Source: Candidatus Omnitrophota bacterium (GTDB taxonomy: Bacteria > Omnitrophota > Gorgyraeia > Zapsychrales > Fredricksoniimonadaceae). From it: a stretch of DNA of 64,000 nucleotides. The position numbers were made by a program, and so were the translations under genes. Below, piece by piece: positions 27,001 to 42,000 of this stretch (positions are counted from its first letter, which is position 1; each line of letters starts with the position of its first letter). The stretch covers positions 216,949 through 280,948 of the forward strand of contig JBGAJA010000002.1 in assembly GCA_044225175.1 (NCBI GenBank), given 5' to 3'. The notes below the pieces were generated by a model. That model made no database searches and was not told the origin of the DNA. It worked only from the letters and a program-made list of their open reading frames with translations.

Positions 27001-30000
27001 ATCCAAGGAGCCATTTATGCCGGCAAAATACTTAAAGGAAAAGGAAATAAACAGATTTACACCAAATTAGTGGATGTATTAGTCAAGAATGTTGGCAGCG
27101 GAAGGACACAGGCAGACATTGATTTAGCAGATCAATTGGTCGATCAAGTTGGAGGAGCGCTTTATCTGCATTTAGAAGGTAACGCTCAAGAAGTGCAACT
27201 CAAAGAAGATGTAAAAGCGATTTTTGAAGCACGTCGAAGTTTAATTGACAATCCAATCAAACGATTGGTTATCAACGATGTTAAGTATATGCTTTATGGC
27301 ATCCCAGATCCTCATTCCCGTAATGGTGCTTGGGTTATTTCCCAAGCAGCGTTGGATCAAAATATTTCACGATCCGTTCAAACAATTAAATCTGTCATTA
27401 TTCCATCGGATGATTTGACCGTCCAAAGTCCAGAAGACAGTCTTTATTTATCAACGATCAAGAAAATCATTTTCAACACCAATACATCTCCAGACATTGT
27501 GAAAATACTGATCCAAAAGTTGTTTGATTTGGATTATCCAGCTGCCCAAGATTTAGCCCAACAAGGCTTTGATTATCTAATTTCCAGTGATATCCGCGAT
27601 GCAGAGTTCAAAAAGAATTTGATGAGTGTACGTGCAGGGACCAATACAGAAAAAGCTGCCAAGACAATAGCCCAAAGATTGAAAGACCATGATCCACGTA
27701 TCCGTTCTCATGCAGCATTATTAGTAGGCCAGATGAAAGATGCCCAGCAGAGGACCATTGTCCAAGATGTGCTGAGTGCTTATTTAATTGAAACAGAAGA
27801 GGCGATCAAGACCCAATACATGCCATTCTTTGTCAATCCTGCCAACGCAGAAGGTCTTATTAATGAAATTGTTGCAATCCGAAGAGATGCATCTAGCCGA
27901 AGGATCATTAAAGAAGCCAATGATCTAGAGGTTTTGATCCAACGCCCACAAAAGATAGTTTCAAAGAAGGATGTTTTAGTATCAGCGCCTGCAGGACCAT
28001 TTAAATTCTCATTAGATCCTTATATTGATTTACCACATTGGATCCGCGGCAGCTGGTTTGATTCCAACACCCATGAACAATATACAAAGCTGCAAAGACA
28101 CATGAATACTCTGTTTAATAACCCTTATGGTTCTTTATTAAATGGAGATCCAAAATTATCAGAAGCCATCTCAGGCTATAGTGAAGAACAGATGTTAGAT
28201 ATTCTTTTTGGAAATCACTCTTCTTTGGAACGAGCTACAGCAGCCATTGAGTTGGGTAAGAGTCAAGGGGATGTTCGCAAGAAGATCCAAAAGTTATTGA
28301 TGATTGTGGGTACTCCCAAAGAAGGTGAACCTGTTGTTGATGAGGATGCTCAAGTGGTGGATGCAGCATTGTGGGCTATTGCAACACTTCCGAAAGATCC
28401 GCAAGGAGGAAACTATCTACCAGCCAATATTTTTAAAGATTTGGTTTTAAATAAACATACTGATCAAACACGAATCTTAGCCCTATTGGCTTTACGACAG
28501 TCGACTGATATTCAAAAAGACCAGAAATTAGCAGAAATCATTGATTTATTAGCTAAAGATACAAGAAGTGTATTGACTTTGACAGCAGCGCTTGAAGTTG
28601 CCAGCCAATCCAATAGCACAGATGTTGCAGGTGCAGTGATTAATGTGTATAGCCACAGCGTGCGTAATCCATGGGCATTGGTACATCCAACTTTCATGCA
28701 TTTGACACAATTGCGAGACATTGTAGGAGTACCTGGAGCAATGGCCTATCAGGCAATTATGAAGATGGCTCAAGTTAACCATAATGAAGCTGAGATTGCC
28801 AATATCATTAAGACTCAAATTAGTAATAAAGTCATTGAAAGTGATTTTGCCACTATCTCCCGACAACTGTTACCTTTATTAAGAACAGTATCACTAAAAG
28901 ATGCATCTGTAGTTTATGACAATGGAGCTGCTACCCAGGAACAAGGGGTTTTATACAACCACTGGTTTGATGTTGAAATTGCCGATCCATTCTTAAGAAA
29001 TTTACACTGGTTTTTTGTGATGATTGGATTAGGCATATGGTCGTTTAAATACTTTAAAAATCGAAGAGTGCAGAACTTAGAAAGTGATGATTTTGACCAA
29101 CCCACTCCTCAACTAATTCCTAATGTTTCAACTAGTGAAGAGAATACAAAACTTCTGGGTAGGGCCAATGGAAAACCAAAAACATCGATCCAAATTCTTA
29201 ATGATAAACTTAAACTATGGCGGGAGATTTTAAATGCCCGACGCCAACTATGGAAAGCTGGACATCATCAACAAGCCCTTCTTACCGAATATAAGTTGGG
29301 GGTCATTTTAAATCAGATCTATCGTATTTTAGACATAACCTACCCAGATGAAGTTCAGGAAATTGTGGTTAATGAAAAGAAAATAGGCAACGTTTATGGC
29401 AGGATCATTGTTTTAATCGGCGAGACATTGAAGTTTTTGGATGAACAGCTTGATCCCAAGCATAAACATCTTTGGGATGACAATACTCGTTTAAGAATCC
29501 GTATGCTGGTAGCCGAATTCAAAGTCTTAGAAGAACAGATTATTCCTTATCGTGAAGCCATGATGTCTTTGCACAAAGTGCTTCTTTTGAAAGAAAGGAG
29601 ATTTTCTGTTTATAAAGGTGAAGGATGGATGAGTGTATGGAAGAATTTTGCAGAAGGCATTGTTTTAAAGTTTCCAGGATTTCAGTATAAAAGACAGATT
29701 GAAATGAGCATCAGAGAATTTATGAAAAGATTGGACATATTACTTGGAGACAATGACAGAAAACCAGAAATAATATCTAAATGGAGAGGTTTTTTTGAAA
29801 ACGGTATGTACCGCGAACAAATTTCAGAAGGTGATCCTAGGATTGCGGATCCTTTTGAAGAAACATGGAAAGATCAAAGGATTATCAGACATATTTTTAC
29901 AATTGCAGCTGTAGTTCTGCTTGGTTATCGTTGGTTTATTGTCAAAGAGTTTGCTTGGTGGGACACCGCCGTCATCGCCACATTGTATTTCAACGTTTCC

Positions 30001-33000
30001 GCCTATCGTTCCAAAGGGTTTTTGGTCCGCACCATGAAACGTGTGAAAGAACTAAACAGGGACATTCAACAGAGAAATCAGAAACAGTTCGAATTAGAGT
30101 TTGGAATGTCCATGAAGGATTGCAAGCTCGATCAACTGGAATACGAAAAAATTCAAAGCCGTACGTCTCAAGCTGTGGCCATAGGCAATGGTCCTCAACC
30201 TGTTGTCCATATGTTCTTTGTGGTACTTGAGAAGAATCAAATAGGAATAGCTTCCCAATTATTAGCTCAAAGTATGAAGACTGATCAGTTCTCTGGTCTT
30301 TGGTCTGTTCCTATTGTTTTCATTCCACAAACTATTCCAGGCAAGGGTGGAGCTTATTTGAATGCCCAAAGTTATTTTGAGGGGGTCAATACTATTGGCG
30401 AATTATGGCACAAATTATTGTCTTCGGACGAAGTGTATATTTTAGGCAGAAATCTTTACAATGAAACTTGGTCTAATGTTTCTGTTGAACTTTTACGACA
30501 TTCAACAATTATCAACTCCAGTGAGAAGACAGATGCCATGATGCAAGGCATCACACCTGTCGTGGATAAACTCGGTCTAACATTGTTGCCTGCCACTGAG
30601 AATATGATCAGCTCCTTAAGACGCGACATCACCTTCTTAGAAGATAAAATGATGTATACCTACAATGAAGTCTGGACAGATAGTAAAGAAGGCAAAGGCG
30701 TCAAGCTTTTCTTGCATGCAGATGGTTTTCGTGTAGGGCGAGTAGGGCGTCGCGGCAAAATAGACTTTGGTTCCATGTTCCTGACACTAGATGAGATCAT
30801 GGCTATGGGATTAGGGTTTCTTAATTATGATATTTTGACAGGGGTCATTAATACCATCTATGAAAAAACAGGAGAAGCTTTAACTCAGGAAGACATCGAG
30901 GGCTGGAAAAACGAATTCATTAAAAGAGGGCTAAATGCTCGTTTTGATATTGAAGATAAAAGAAGACTATTTCCTGCTTACATAGGGGCCTGGCGAGAAC
31001 AATTAGATTCTCATAATCGTCAAATCTTTATTACAGGCTTGATGGACTTAGTTCGTTTTATTGAGAAGTACGAATTTCAAGACAAAGCTGATCAATATAT
31101 TGATGAGAAGAAGTGGATGAAGAGTTCATCCGAGAGAGAAACATTGGAAGAGTTTATCAAATCAAAATTAAATGTTTCAAAGGAGGATGCATCTCGTCTC
31201 TTAGGGGAATGGACCATACAAGAAGATTGGGCGACACTTAGAAAGATTTTATCGGACTGGAATTTTAAAATCATTGCGGACCTTTTTATTCCTATGATCA
31301 TGGCTTCTCATGAAAAAAGTCCTCATTCTTGGAATGATGCTAGAGGTCTTCGTGAAAAGTATCCAATCATCTATGACGATTTCTATTGGGAGGTCTTTTC
31401 GATCCTCAACAAAGCATTTGCCAACAGTGGAATTTCATTCCATGCTCCATTTGCCCCTTACTTTAAAAAGGCCCATTTTTATAAAGTATCTAGCTATGCA
31501 CTACCCACAATGATTTTAATGGCGCTCGCCATACCCCAAATGGTTCCAGCGCTCTATTTGCTTTTAGCATTATCTCTAGCTGGTGTTGCGGGTTACTTTT
31601 TGAAAATCCCAACAGTAAAAATATTTCATTGGCTTTTTGGTGCCCGGGGTGCGGTATTTAGAGCGATTTCATTTTTATTTGCAGCAAGAAAAATCATCAC
31701 ACCATTCTTAGAAATCCATTTCATAGATAAACTTTTAGCAGCCAGCAGAATCCTCCTCTTACCATTTTCAGGCACAACCCTTGGCTTATTGTATTTTAAA
31801 GGAAACCATTACTCTTGGATTGAACCAGTAACACATATCGCTTCTGTTGCACTGACAGGGTTGTTTTTGATCGAAGCAGTGATTGAATTGGGGTACATTG
31901 CATACAATCGGTTCTTTCACGCTAAGAGCAAGAATAAAAACCAGCCCTTGAAATCTTCTAAATCACCTCATACCTTGATCAAAACTTTAAAGAAGTGGAT
32001 CAAAGCAATCATGTTTATTGTTGGTGGTTTTATATTATTGGGAGCTAGTGTTCTTTTTAACAGTCCTGCCTTAGCTCATGCCGGGGAAGTTCTGATTAAT
32101 ACGGGTCACTTCATCGAAGCCGGTAAAGCGGCATCAGATGAACATAAAATGTATCGCAAAGTAGGGTCCATCTTTGCAGGGTTAGGCGCTTTAACAGGGT
32201 TTTATTTGGCGGTCATGGAATTCGTATTTAGATTTACAGTTCACCTAGAATCATTAAAAGAAATATTCCATCACCAGCATGCAGCGATTATTCACTTAAG
32301 TATTTTATTTTGGGCAACTTCTTCCATCTTTGGTTTGGTTGAAATGATAGGAGAAACAAAGGCCGAGAAAATTTTGGCGGGTAAGTCATCAAGAAACAGC
32401 TTTGATAGACCTTTGCACGCCGTAGCAGCCTTAAGCGTAGATGAACAAGTGGCTTTAACTCCCTCAGCTCGTACGATCAATAAAGCTGCAAAGAAATTCA
32501 CTCCAGGTTTGAAGTTCGTGGTTTTAGCCCTGCCAGCCCAATCCTACATGGATTTTCATGGTAAGACGCACGCTCCCAATGTGTTTGATCCTGTTGATGC
32601 AAGAGGAGTAAAACAAGAGAAAAAACGTTTGTACACATTAAGCAAAGTAACAAAGAAAATATTTGGGCTGGCTCCAGGTAAGGTCTTTAAGAATGTGTAC
32701 TCGTCTAATGAGGAATCAACCGATCATGCAGTTGCAAGCTTAGGTGTAGAGGGGGCGCTTATTGGCGCGAATCGTTATGATGTTCCTCGTTTTTATCACT
32801 TTGGAGGTATTTTAAGAAAAGATGCGAGGCGAATTGCTCAAAATCAGTGGAGAAGATATCTTCAAGACCCAGTCCATTTTAATAATGGCCATTTAAACGG
32901 TCCTGACAGTATCAGAGCTGTTGAACGATTGATCGAAGATTGCGTCCGAGTTGACCATACCTTTATTGCAACTCATGAACTTCATGCGAAGCTGATTTTG

Positions 33001-36000
33001 GCTCGGATGTTAGGCATCCCTTATGAGAAATTGGCCCATCTTCACGAACGTCTAGGTGCTTTGTCTACAGGCACCCTCATTATGGTGGCTTTTAATCCTC
33101 AAACCAATAAAGGGGAGCTTTTATATGTGGATAATTCTTATTTGGGTAAAGGACTTAAAGAAAGATCGCCGTATACATTATGGGATGTTGTCATCAATTA
33201 TTGGCGCTATTATGGGTTAGTCCTACAGCGATATTTAGAAATCATCCACACAAAGATCCAACAAAGCTCTCGATTTCGTCGAGAGGAAATATGGGCGGTA
33301 CAACCTCCTTATTATGCACCAGAGCCTCCTAGCTTGCCTGAACCCATGAGCATCCAAATCGCCAGATTCACAGTTTCTATGACCAGACCCTCAGTGGCCC
33401 TATTTTCTTCAGATCCTGCTCGGCATGTGCCGGGGTATAGGGCGCCGACGATGAAAGAGGTTATAGATGAAGTACAGCGGGTGAGATCAAGTCAGCCTGG
33501 TTACTCACATCATCCTGAACAGTGGCCAGGAATTAATAAGGTCACGGAAAAAGAGAGTATTCAACGTGCCAGGGATAATATCCAACAGAATATTGATTTG
33601 ATTATAAAAAAAGAAGAGCATTGGCTTAAAAAGCGATATAAAACCAAGAAAGAAAAAATAGCAGCCATATTAGAGATATTTGACATCATGATCGACAATT
33701 GGCGTGATGGGCCTTTTGTAGGATTCTTAGGGACTATTTTTATAGAGAATGATGGAAATAAACGCCCGCTTGGGTCCAACCATTATCCTTACTATATGAC
33801 ATCCCTCCAACGAAGTGCCACATTTATCCATGAATTTGGTAATTATTTAGGCTGGTCTCATCAAGAAAATCAAGATTTGGAAATGCGTTTCTGGTCAGAA
33901 CATATGGGTGAGCTTTTTTCTACCACAGACCAGTCTTCTTATTCCTTTACATACCAGGATTTAGAATTTCTAGACAGCATTTTAAGTGAGATTGTCTTTA
34001 AGATTTCAAAAGATAAGAAATATCAAAAAGACATAGATACTCTTGGGATTAAAGAATCCATTGCTAACAGAGAGGTTCTAAGATCAAGAAGTTTGACTGT
34101 AGAAATTCTTTCAGGGCTGATTGCAATTAATAAGAAACGAAAAGATGGCGAAGACAATTCTACATTTAATGCAGTGTTATATAGAGCTAAAGAGGCTTAC
34201 TTTAGCCTAGCTGAAGCTCAAGAATCCGAATCAGGACGAAAGCCCTACTATGCCAAGGTATTGGTCATTCTTAACGTACTATTACATGCCGAGGATTCTT
34301 CTGAAGAATTGCTTAAGCTGAAGTACCAAATATTGAGTCGTTTAGGTCATCAAGCAGAAGCGTTAGATACCATTATGAAACTAATCAAGAAGCCAAGTAA
34401 GCGTCGACAAAAATCAACTGAAGCGATGCTTAGAGTAGATTTGATTGAGGCAACTAGGCGATTGTATTTAGGAGAAATTAGCGAACGTTTAAGACGCAGG
34501 AAGTATGCCATTGCTTCAAGGTTATTTTCTTTTGCCAAGCAAAGTGTGAATGACATTGAACAGCAGTCTTTGGGGATAGTTGAAGAATATAGAAGAAAGG
34601 GTAAAGAAACGGGAGGGATAGCTACCGAATCAGAAATTGGAGCATGGATCCATTTGGCAGACATACAGACGTTGATATCTCAAGTAGAGTATGAGTTCGC
34701 GAGCAATAAAGACTACGAACATCCGTTGCCAGACCAGATCTTAGAGTCTCTGGAGCAAGCGATTAAATCTTTGGAATATATAGCACAAGCTCTTACTGCA
34801 GCTCAAGAATCAGAAATTAAAAAAATAGGCGATAAGACCTTGGAGAAGAACTTAGATCAGTTGAAATTGATCTTAACCTTTATTTTTAATAACCCACTGG
34901 GCATGTTAAATATCCCAAGACTTGGAACATATTTAGAAGAGCTCAATAAAATTTTAAGCGCAGATATTTTCTTAACACTAGAGAAACAGCAGACCTCGAT
35001 CAGAGCCATTCGTGAGCTTAGAACAGATATTTTGACAAATATGGATGGGTATGGACATATTCAAGAAACAGTCCTTGGGTTTATGTGCGCCATGCCTCAA
35101 GAATCGTTTGCCTCCAAGGACGCTTTACGAGCTCAATTGCTCAGGGATGTTACAGAATATATGGGAACATCCTTATCTTCGGACATACACCTTTATGTGG
35201 ATGAAATGATGGAACATTTGCAAGACGACTTAGATCTACTGATTCTTAAAGCTTTCTTCTTTGATACAAAAGCAAAAGAAAAGAATCCCAAGGAATTAGC
35301 CGTGTTGATTCGTGCAGAAATGGAAGCTCGAGCAGAACAGAAGACAAAAGTTAACATGCTTCCTGAACATGAAATTTCCACTCTACTTGAACAACGTGCA
35401 AGCGAGGGAAGATATGAAGGGCTTGGTATCACTGTTGAACAAGCTAAAGAAGCGGAGGGTACAACACACATTCAGCAAGCTTCGCAGGACAAAAAGGCAG
35501 CAGAAGAGAAGGTCAAAAGTGAGGCCACTCTTCAGAGAAACGTTTATAAAGATCCCCGTATTAATGAATTTATAGAAGAAGATAAAGAGGAAATTGATTT
35601 CATCATTGTGATCTTGAATCTTATTAAGTCCTGGATGCCTAAGGAGGTATACGAAAGCTTTAAGGAAGATCTCAGAAAGATTGTAGATAGTTACAATATA
35701 TTCTGTGCAAACGCAAGAGAGTTAACAAGAATGAAATCTCAAGGATATCAAGAGGCAAGACAAAAGGCCAAAGCAGATAAAGATGAAGACGACCCTCTCT
35801 TAAAATTGCGAAGAGAGCTAAAAGACATACGAGTAGGTCTGATAGGTGCTAATGGATACCTCAGCGCCTACAAAGTTTTAAAAATGGTCTTAGAAAGCTA
35901 TAAGACTAGAGTCGAAGGATGGATCCGTCAGGGATTCAGACAGGTCCTTCAATACCAAGTTAAAATGGATGAGTTATATAAAAAACATCACTTCACATGG

Positions 36001-39000
36001 CTGCTTGAAGATGCTCACAATAGTCCATTACAAAAGATTGCCCTACAAATGGAACGACTCGTAAATGTTCACCCCTCAGATCCTTCTTATTTATCTTATG
36101 ACATGTTTGTGATGCTAGAAAAAGATGCCGAGAATTACTATCAACTCAAAACAGCCGCTATCGAACACCATCAAGGTCTCATTGACGAAGTCTCAACAGA
36201 TTTAAATAAAGCTGCACAAAGGCTGTATGAACTTAAGGGCCTACTTTTAGAGTTAAAAGATGTTTCTTTAATCAGAGAAATTGAAAATAAGATTGAAGGA
36301 ATTAGAGAGACTTTAGGAGATTTAATTTTTAGCAAAGCACTCGATGAAGAGGCTATGCACACAGAAATGAAAAAGAGGACTGCGCAGCTTATAGAGACAA
36401 TTGAGCTATGGATTTCAATGGTCAAGAGATTAAGAACACTAACAGAAATGATTCCAGAACTAACTAAGCCCATTAGAAGGGCCCATGTCTTATTGATTAA
36501 TAGGGTAGATATTGAAAGCCCGGCTGCTCATGCCATTAATGATGCTTATCAAACAGCTGTGTTTGTTGGACCTTTGTATCAGTTATTGTTTAAAGAACAT
36601 ATAGAAGCTTCTGTCTTTGAAACAAAATTAGCTGACATGGAAGGACGATTGTCGCAAGTGCCGGATCAAATTACCAAGTCCCTTGAGCCTGCGACCCAGA
36701 AGATTAATGAACTCCTGGCGGACAGTCTTATGGAAGTACAAAAGCTGATTGAAGCATTAGAACAATGGTGCAAAACAAATTTATGTGTCTATAGAGGATG
36801 GCATGATGAGCGTCCTTTAGAAAGAATGTTGGATAAATTTGCATCTACAAAAAAGATGGTGGAAGTACTCAGAGAACAGATTACAACTAACGGAGCAATG
36901 GTTAATAGGGGAAATGCTGCACCTACAGAAAATCCTACAACCGTTGCTTGTGACTTTAATGATTTCAGACTTTTATCCGATGCGGCGTATGAATTGATGG
37001 CATTCGAAGAAAGATTCTGGCTGGACCAATTGCGCGGGTGGGTCGATAGACATGGGGCTGAACTGGTTTCTTTAGTCGATAAACCGATTTTATCAAAAGG
37101 ATACACATGGCAATCGATCATTCTAAGAGACGCGTTTAATCAAGTAAGGGAGATTGAAATTGATTTCGTTCCAAATACTAATAGAGCGGAACACAATTAT
37201 TTGGATTTAGATAAAGATCTTGTTACTGCTTCAGAAAGATTAGTAAGCGAGTATAGGGAAATCTATAATGGCCTGACCCGAGTTTATCGTCAAATTAAAG
37301 ATCCATTAGCCATTACTGATATTCTTCCAGTCCTAGGTCCAATTGCAGGTTTCTATATTCAGATATTTCTGAAGGAACAAGATACGCCAATCTTTGATGT
37401 GACGGTACTCCTCCAGAACATTTTTTCAGCTAATTTTTATAAGCAATCAGAAGTAAGAAAAGTAACTGAAGGAGCTCATGATACGAGCTGGCAGGCAACG
37501 TTAGCATTCATTGCCCCTCTTAATTTTGTGAAACCTATTGCCCCATGGCCACAAGGCATGATCATTGGACAGAATAAGTTGGAAAGTAAAAAAGAGAAAC
37601 AGCCAGCCTCACTCAGCGATTCACGAGTTTTGCCTGCACTGTCTCAACTGGTTTCCTATCCTCACGCAAGAGGAAGCACACTTCAAATGGTATTAGCTCT
37701 GATTGTCGCAGGTGTCATCGTCGTTGGCTTGGGAATTCTGGCATGGCCGCTGGCGAAAGTTCATTGGAAAGGTTTGCCAGATATTTCAAAGATGCCTAAT
37801 TTAAAAATAATTATAGAAATCTTTTCTGAAGTCATTCTCATTACAGCGGTCATTGTCAGCATGCTCATTGCAAGCACAGATACCAGGGCAGATTGGTGGA
37901 AAAGACAAAAAATTAGAGTGCGTCCATGGCTATTGTATGCGCAGAGCATTGAACAAAGAGTATTTAAGGTAATTAAAACGATAGTCGATTCCCGCTTCAC
38001 AAGACCTATCCTCAAGATTTTGCTTTATGCAGGAAGCCTTGGCCTTTTGACCATAGTATTCAAATCCATAGAAGTGGCACTGGGCATCACAGCAAAGGGC
38101 ATAAGTTCTCAGGTTTATTTGTTCTGTGCCACAATCTTAGGCATCATTATTATGATGGCATGGAACATACGTAGGGCCTTGCGTATTCATCAACAGAACA
38201 TACAAGCCGTTGGAGAAGAGCTTTCAAGCTATGATAGTTTATGGTGGATGGCTGGCCTGGGGACGGCCGGATTGATGGCACTCCAGGGCTTTTTTATATT
38301 TATTCTCCCTGGATCTTTTAAACAGCTCTTTGCAATAGAGCATTCGGTTGCCAATAGTTTGCTTATCATGCATACAGCTTTTAGTCTGGTTTTTTTGATG
38401 GCTATTGGTGTGGCCCAACACAAACGTTTAGAACAGTACATCACCCCAAGGCAGGTGGGTGTGGCGGTTTTGAAATTGATCATGGCTTTAAGCATAATTT
38501 ATCCAATGGTTCAACAGCCATGGAATCGTTTTGCCATGATGGTAGTTCCTGCCATCATCATGGTGGTATGGCTTGGCTTGAGCTCCATGACCACGTTATG
38601 GAAAGCCCATGTTCAAAGAAAGACTGTATGGAAAGATAACACGTATCCATGGGCCTTAGGGCAGGTGATCTTGACAAGCACCTTCATGGTCCCGGGGTAT
38701 ATCATTGGGGGTTGTACAGACATTGAGACATTTTTATATAAGCAATTTGATGTATCGATGCCATGGATGGCATGGTCATTTGTAGTGCTTGGAATGATCG
38801 TTGTCAGTTCGACAGTCATCTTTATTCCTTACATATTAGATCTGGCCAAATTCAGCTACCATAGGATAGGAGACTCTTTGGCTGATCACATCAGTCATCA
38901 GCCTCGTGTAGCGATGGTCTACGGTCATGTGATATTAGGTATCATTTATTTGTATTTATGGACTATGCGCCCAAGTCCATTGCCCATGTTTGGTATGAGG

Positions 39001-42000
39001 GACTATGTGTCTAAAAGCTTTTCTGTGAGTTCCACAGCCTTCCCTCTAGGGATTAGGCAGGCCATTGTGGCTGTATTTATCATGGGTGTTGGGGGGGCAG
39101 TACTATGGCCATTGATATTAGCCCTCGTGCGCGTGTGGCAAACCCCATTTGTCCAAAGGCACATCCACAAAATTTTCGTTGTTGTGGTTGCTATCATCAC
39201 CATTGTGTTGATGACAGGTTGCAGGAGCCAAGAGTATTCTAAGAAAGAGAAACTATTAGCAGATCGGATCCTAGAGAAACACTTCATGGAGCAGGCCATT
39301 GAAAAAAAGAACCTTACAATTGCTACGGAAGTCCAACCAGTCGAAAACGATCCTCAATTCTCACCATCAAATGTAGATTTTTTGAAAAAAACCCAAGAGC
39401 TATTGAATCGCCAAACCCTTAACCGCATGCCCGATGGGTCTCAATATAAAACAGGTAAACCAAGGGTAACTGCATCAGTTGATTTCATCATTGAGCCTGT
39501 TGGGCTAGAGGATGCTTCGGAGAATACAAAAGCAAAACAAGCTCCAATTATTCATACACAAAAAGTTTTCAGCCAATTTAAAGTAAGCGTAGTGACTATA
39601 TCTAAAGAATTAAGAAAAGTTCAAGAATCTACATCCCAGATCATTAGACAATCGTTCCTATCTTGGAAATCCCAACTCCAAAACCAAATCGGCCAACCAC
39701 GTCAAGAAGTTGTTTTACAGGTGATACCTGAACAATCAAGGATTTCATTATATGTGCAGATGTATTTTTACGTGGCACCTACGCTCAAAATGGTCGTAGG
39801 AATGATTCTTGCAGCTTGGGACACAGTATTCCGGCGGGCACCCATAGGTGTTGTGAGTGTGACAAGTTTGGCAACATCCTCCAGTAACTCAGAAAATTCC
39901 CTAAACATATTTTGGTCAGCTGTTAGTTTATCAAGCGTTTTTTATTTAGGTGTTCTTGTCCTATCTACGGTTATTCTCATCACTACTCTTTCCAAGGGAT
40001 TAAATTCTAAAAATGTTCGAGGTGTTAATAAGGACTATGCAGGATTGCGTCAGCATAAATCGGTTCTCTTCACATTTTTAGCTGTGACAGCTGGCCTACT
40101 TTTTGTTTTTCGTCATGGGATCAATAACTATTTAGCATGGACCAGTAAGCTCGATCAAATGTTCTTAGCAAATACAGCGGATTGGATTCTATTTGGAAAG
40201 GTGTTTGGTATTGGGGCTTTACAGGGATACGGAACGGGCATCATTGGGGCTGCTTTGGCGCAGACCATTAAGAAAAAAAGCAACATTAGACAATTTGAAT
40301 GGAAGAACATTTTTGTTGATGTCGGGATGTCTCAATTACTTGGGGGAATTCTTTTAAAAGCATGGTTTTTCATTGTAGGACCATTAACGGCACGGGCAGG
40401 GGACTATGATTTTCTTGTTGGGTTCTGGGCTTTTGTAACATTGTTTATTCTTCTTTATATTGTTCTTGTCATTGGCAGCATGCTTGTTTTATCTAATATA
40501 GGTATTCCTGGAAAGAACCCGCTGACAGAAGCTCGAAAAGTCCTTTTTAATTGCGAAAACTTTGCCGTAACCTTTTATAGAAATATTCTTTGTTTTGGCG
40601 TGCTTGTGGATTTGGCATTCTTCATTGTTTTTCCTTTGCTTGTCAAAAATAATGTCTTTGGCTTTGCCTCATATACCCTTCAGTTAAACAATATTCAATC
40701 CATCGCCAGTCTGCTGGTCGGCATTCTTTACGCAATGATTCTGGCTTTGTTTGAAATTAATCAAAATATAATTCAACCAAAAAGAAGTGAAGTTGTCGCC
40801 GTAAAGAATTCTCAACCAGGGTCACCCACAATGGATGTGTTGAAGTTGTTTTCAGGGGTTGTTGTTCTTGGGGGTATTGGAACGTTTGTGCTGTGTGTGC
40901 CTATGCCATCTTTGACCAGCTCAGGTCTTGTGGGAGTCATTTTTGTTGTAATGATGAAATGTGTTTCAGTATTAGCTGCATTCTTGATCAGTGTATTTTT
41001 TATATCACGGCTGATAAATCTAATTGCTCGTTGGAAGCACAGATTTCAGGAAGAAGTTTTCTTAAAAGACATGCAAGAAAAGAAAATCTTCTGGAAACTA
41101 GATGAAACCTCACTGTCATCGACAGACATTCCATGTGAAACAATCCAATTTGGTCCATTTCAAGAGCGTATTTCAAGATTGCCTTTGGAAGAATTAAAGA
41201 GTCGATTTATTAGGGATGCTGAGATCTTATTGGAATCAGATAAAGTCTCTGACAATGAGTTCTTTAGTGCAGTCATGGATTTGCTTGAATTTAAAAAGCG
41301 CATGCGGGACCCTAGATATTTACAGGCTTTCTTTGAAACCTCACATCAATGGTATTCACCTTATCAACTGGGAATTATTTATCGCGTTTTCATGTCTTTT
41401 ATCATTGTGTCAAAACATTATGCCCGTCGAAATTTAAAATATGAATTCTATGATTTAAAGAACCGTATACGAAGCATATTGGCGGCTAATTTAATGTTAA
41501 AACGTGAGTTTATTGATGGTGAAGAGAGACCTTGGGACAATGAAATAGATTTAGAACAACCAGAAAGCATTTGGCCGTTAGTCTGGGGGATGACTTTTAA
41601 TGGTCTTGGAGTCATTGAGTTTAGCTTAAAGAAAAAAGCTTCTCCTAAGTGGGACCCAGAATTCTTGTACCGATGGAGTCTTAGCTCTGGAATGGTCCAT
41701 TTACCCGTTATAATCCAAGTATCTCAAGAAGAAAGCTTAAGAGGAGACATAACAGCTTTTAGAGAATCATTTTATGTTTTTATTACACGATATTTTGACG
41801 ATGCTGCCCAGGCAGTGTTTTATTTTAGTTTATGGTCTATAGGTCTCATCCAAAGCGCCTTCTCGAAAATTCAGGCCCTAAAACAAAATAAGAAAACAAG
41901 CCAGATTCATCAGTCATGGAAGACCCGAACGACAACGAGAGGATGGGCACTGACAAAGCTGCTTGGCACTATTGTCGGCATTAGTATGCTGGCGGTTGCA

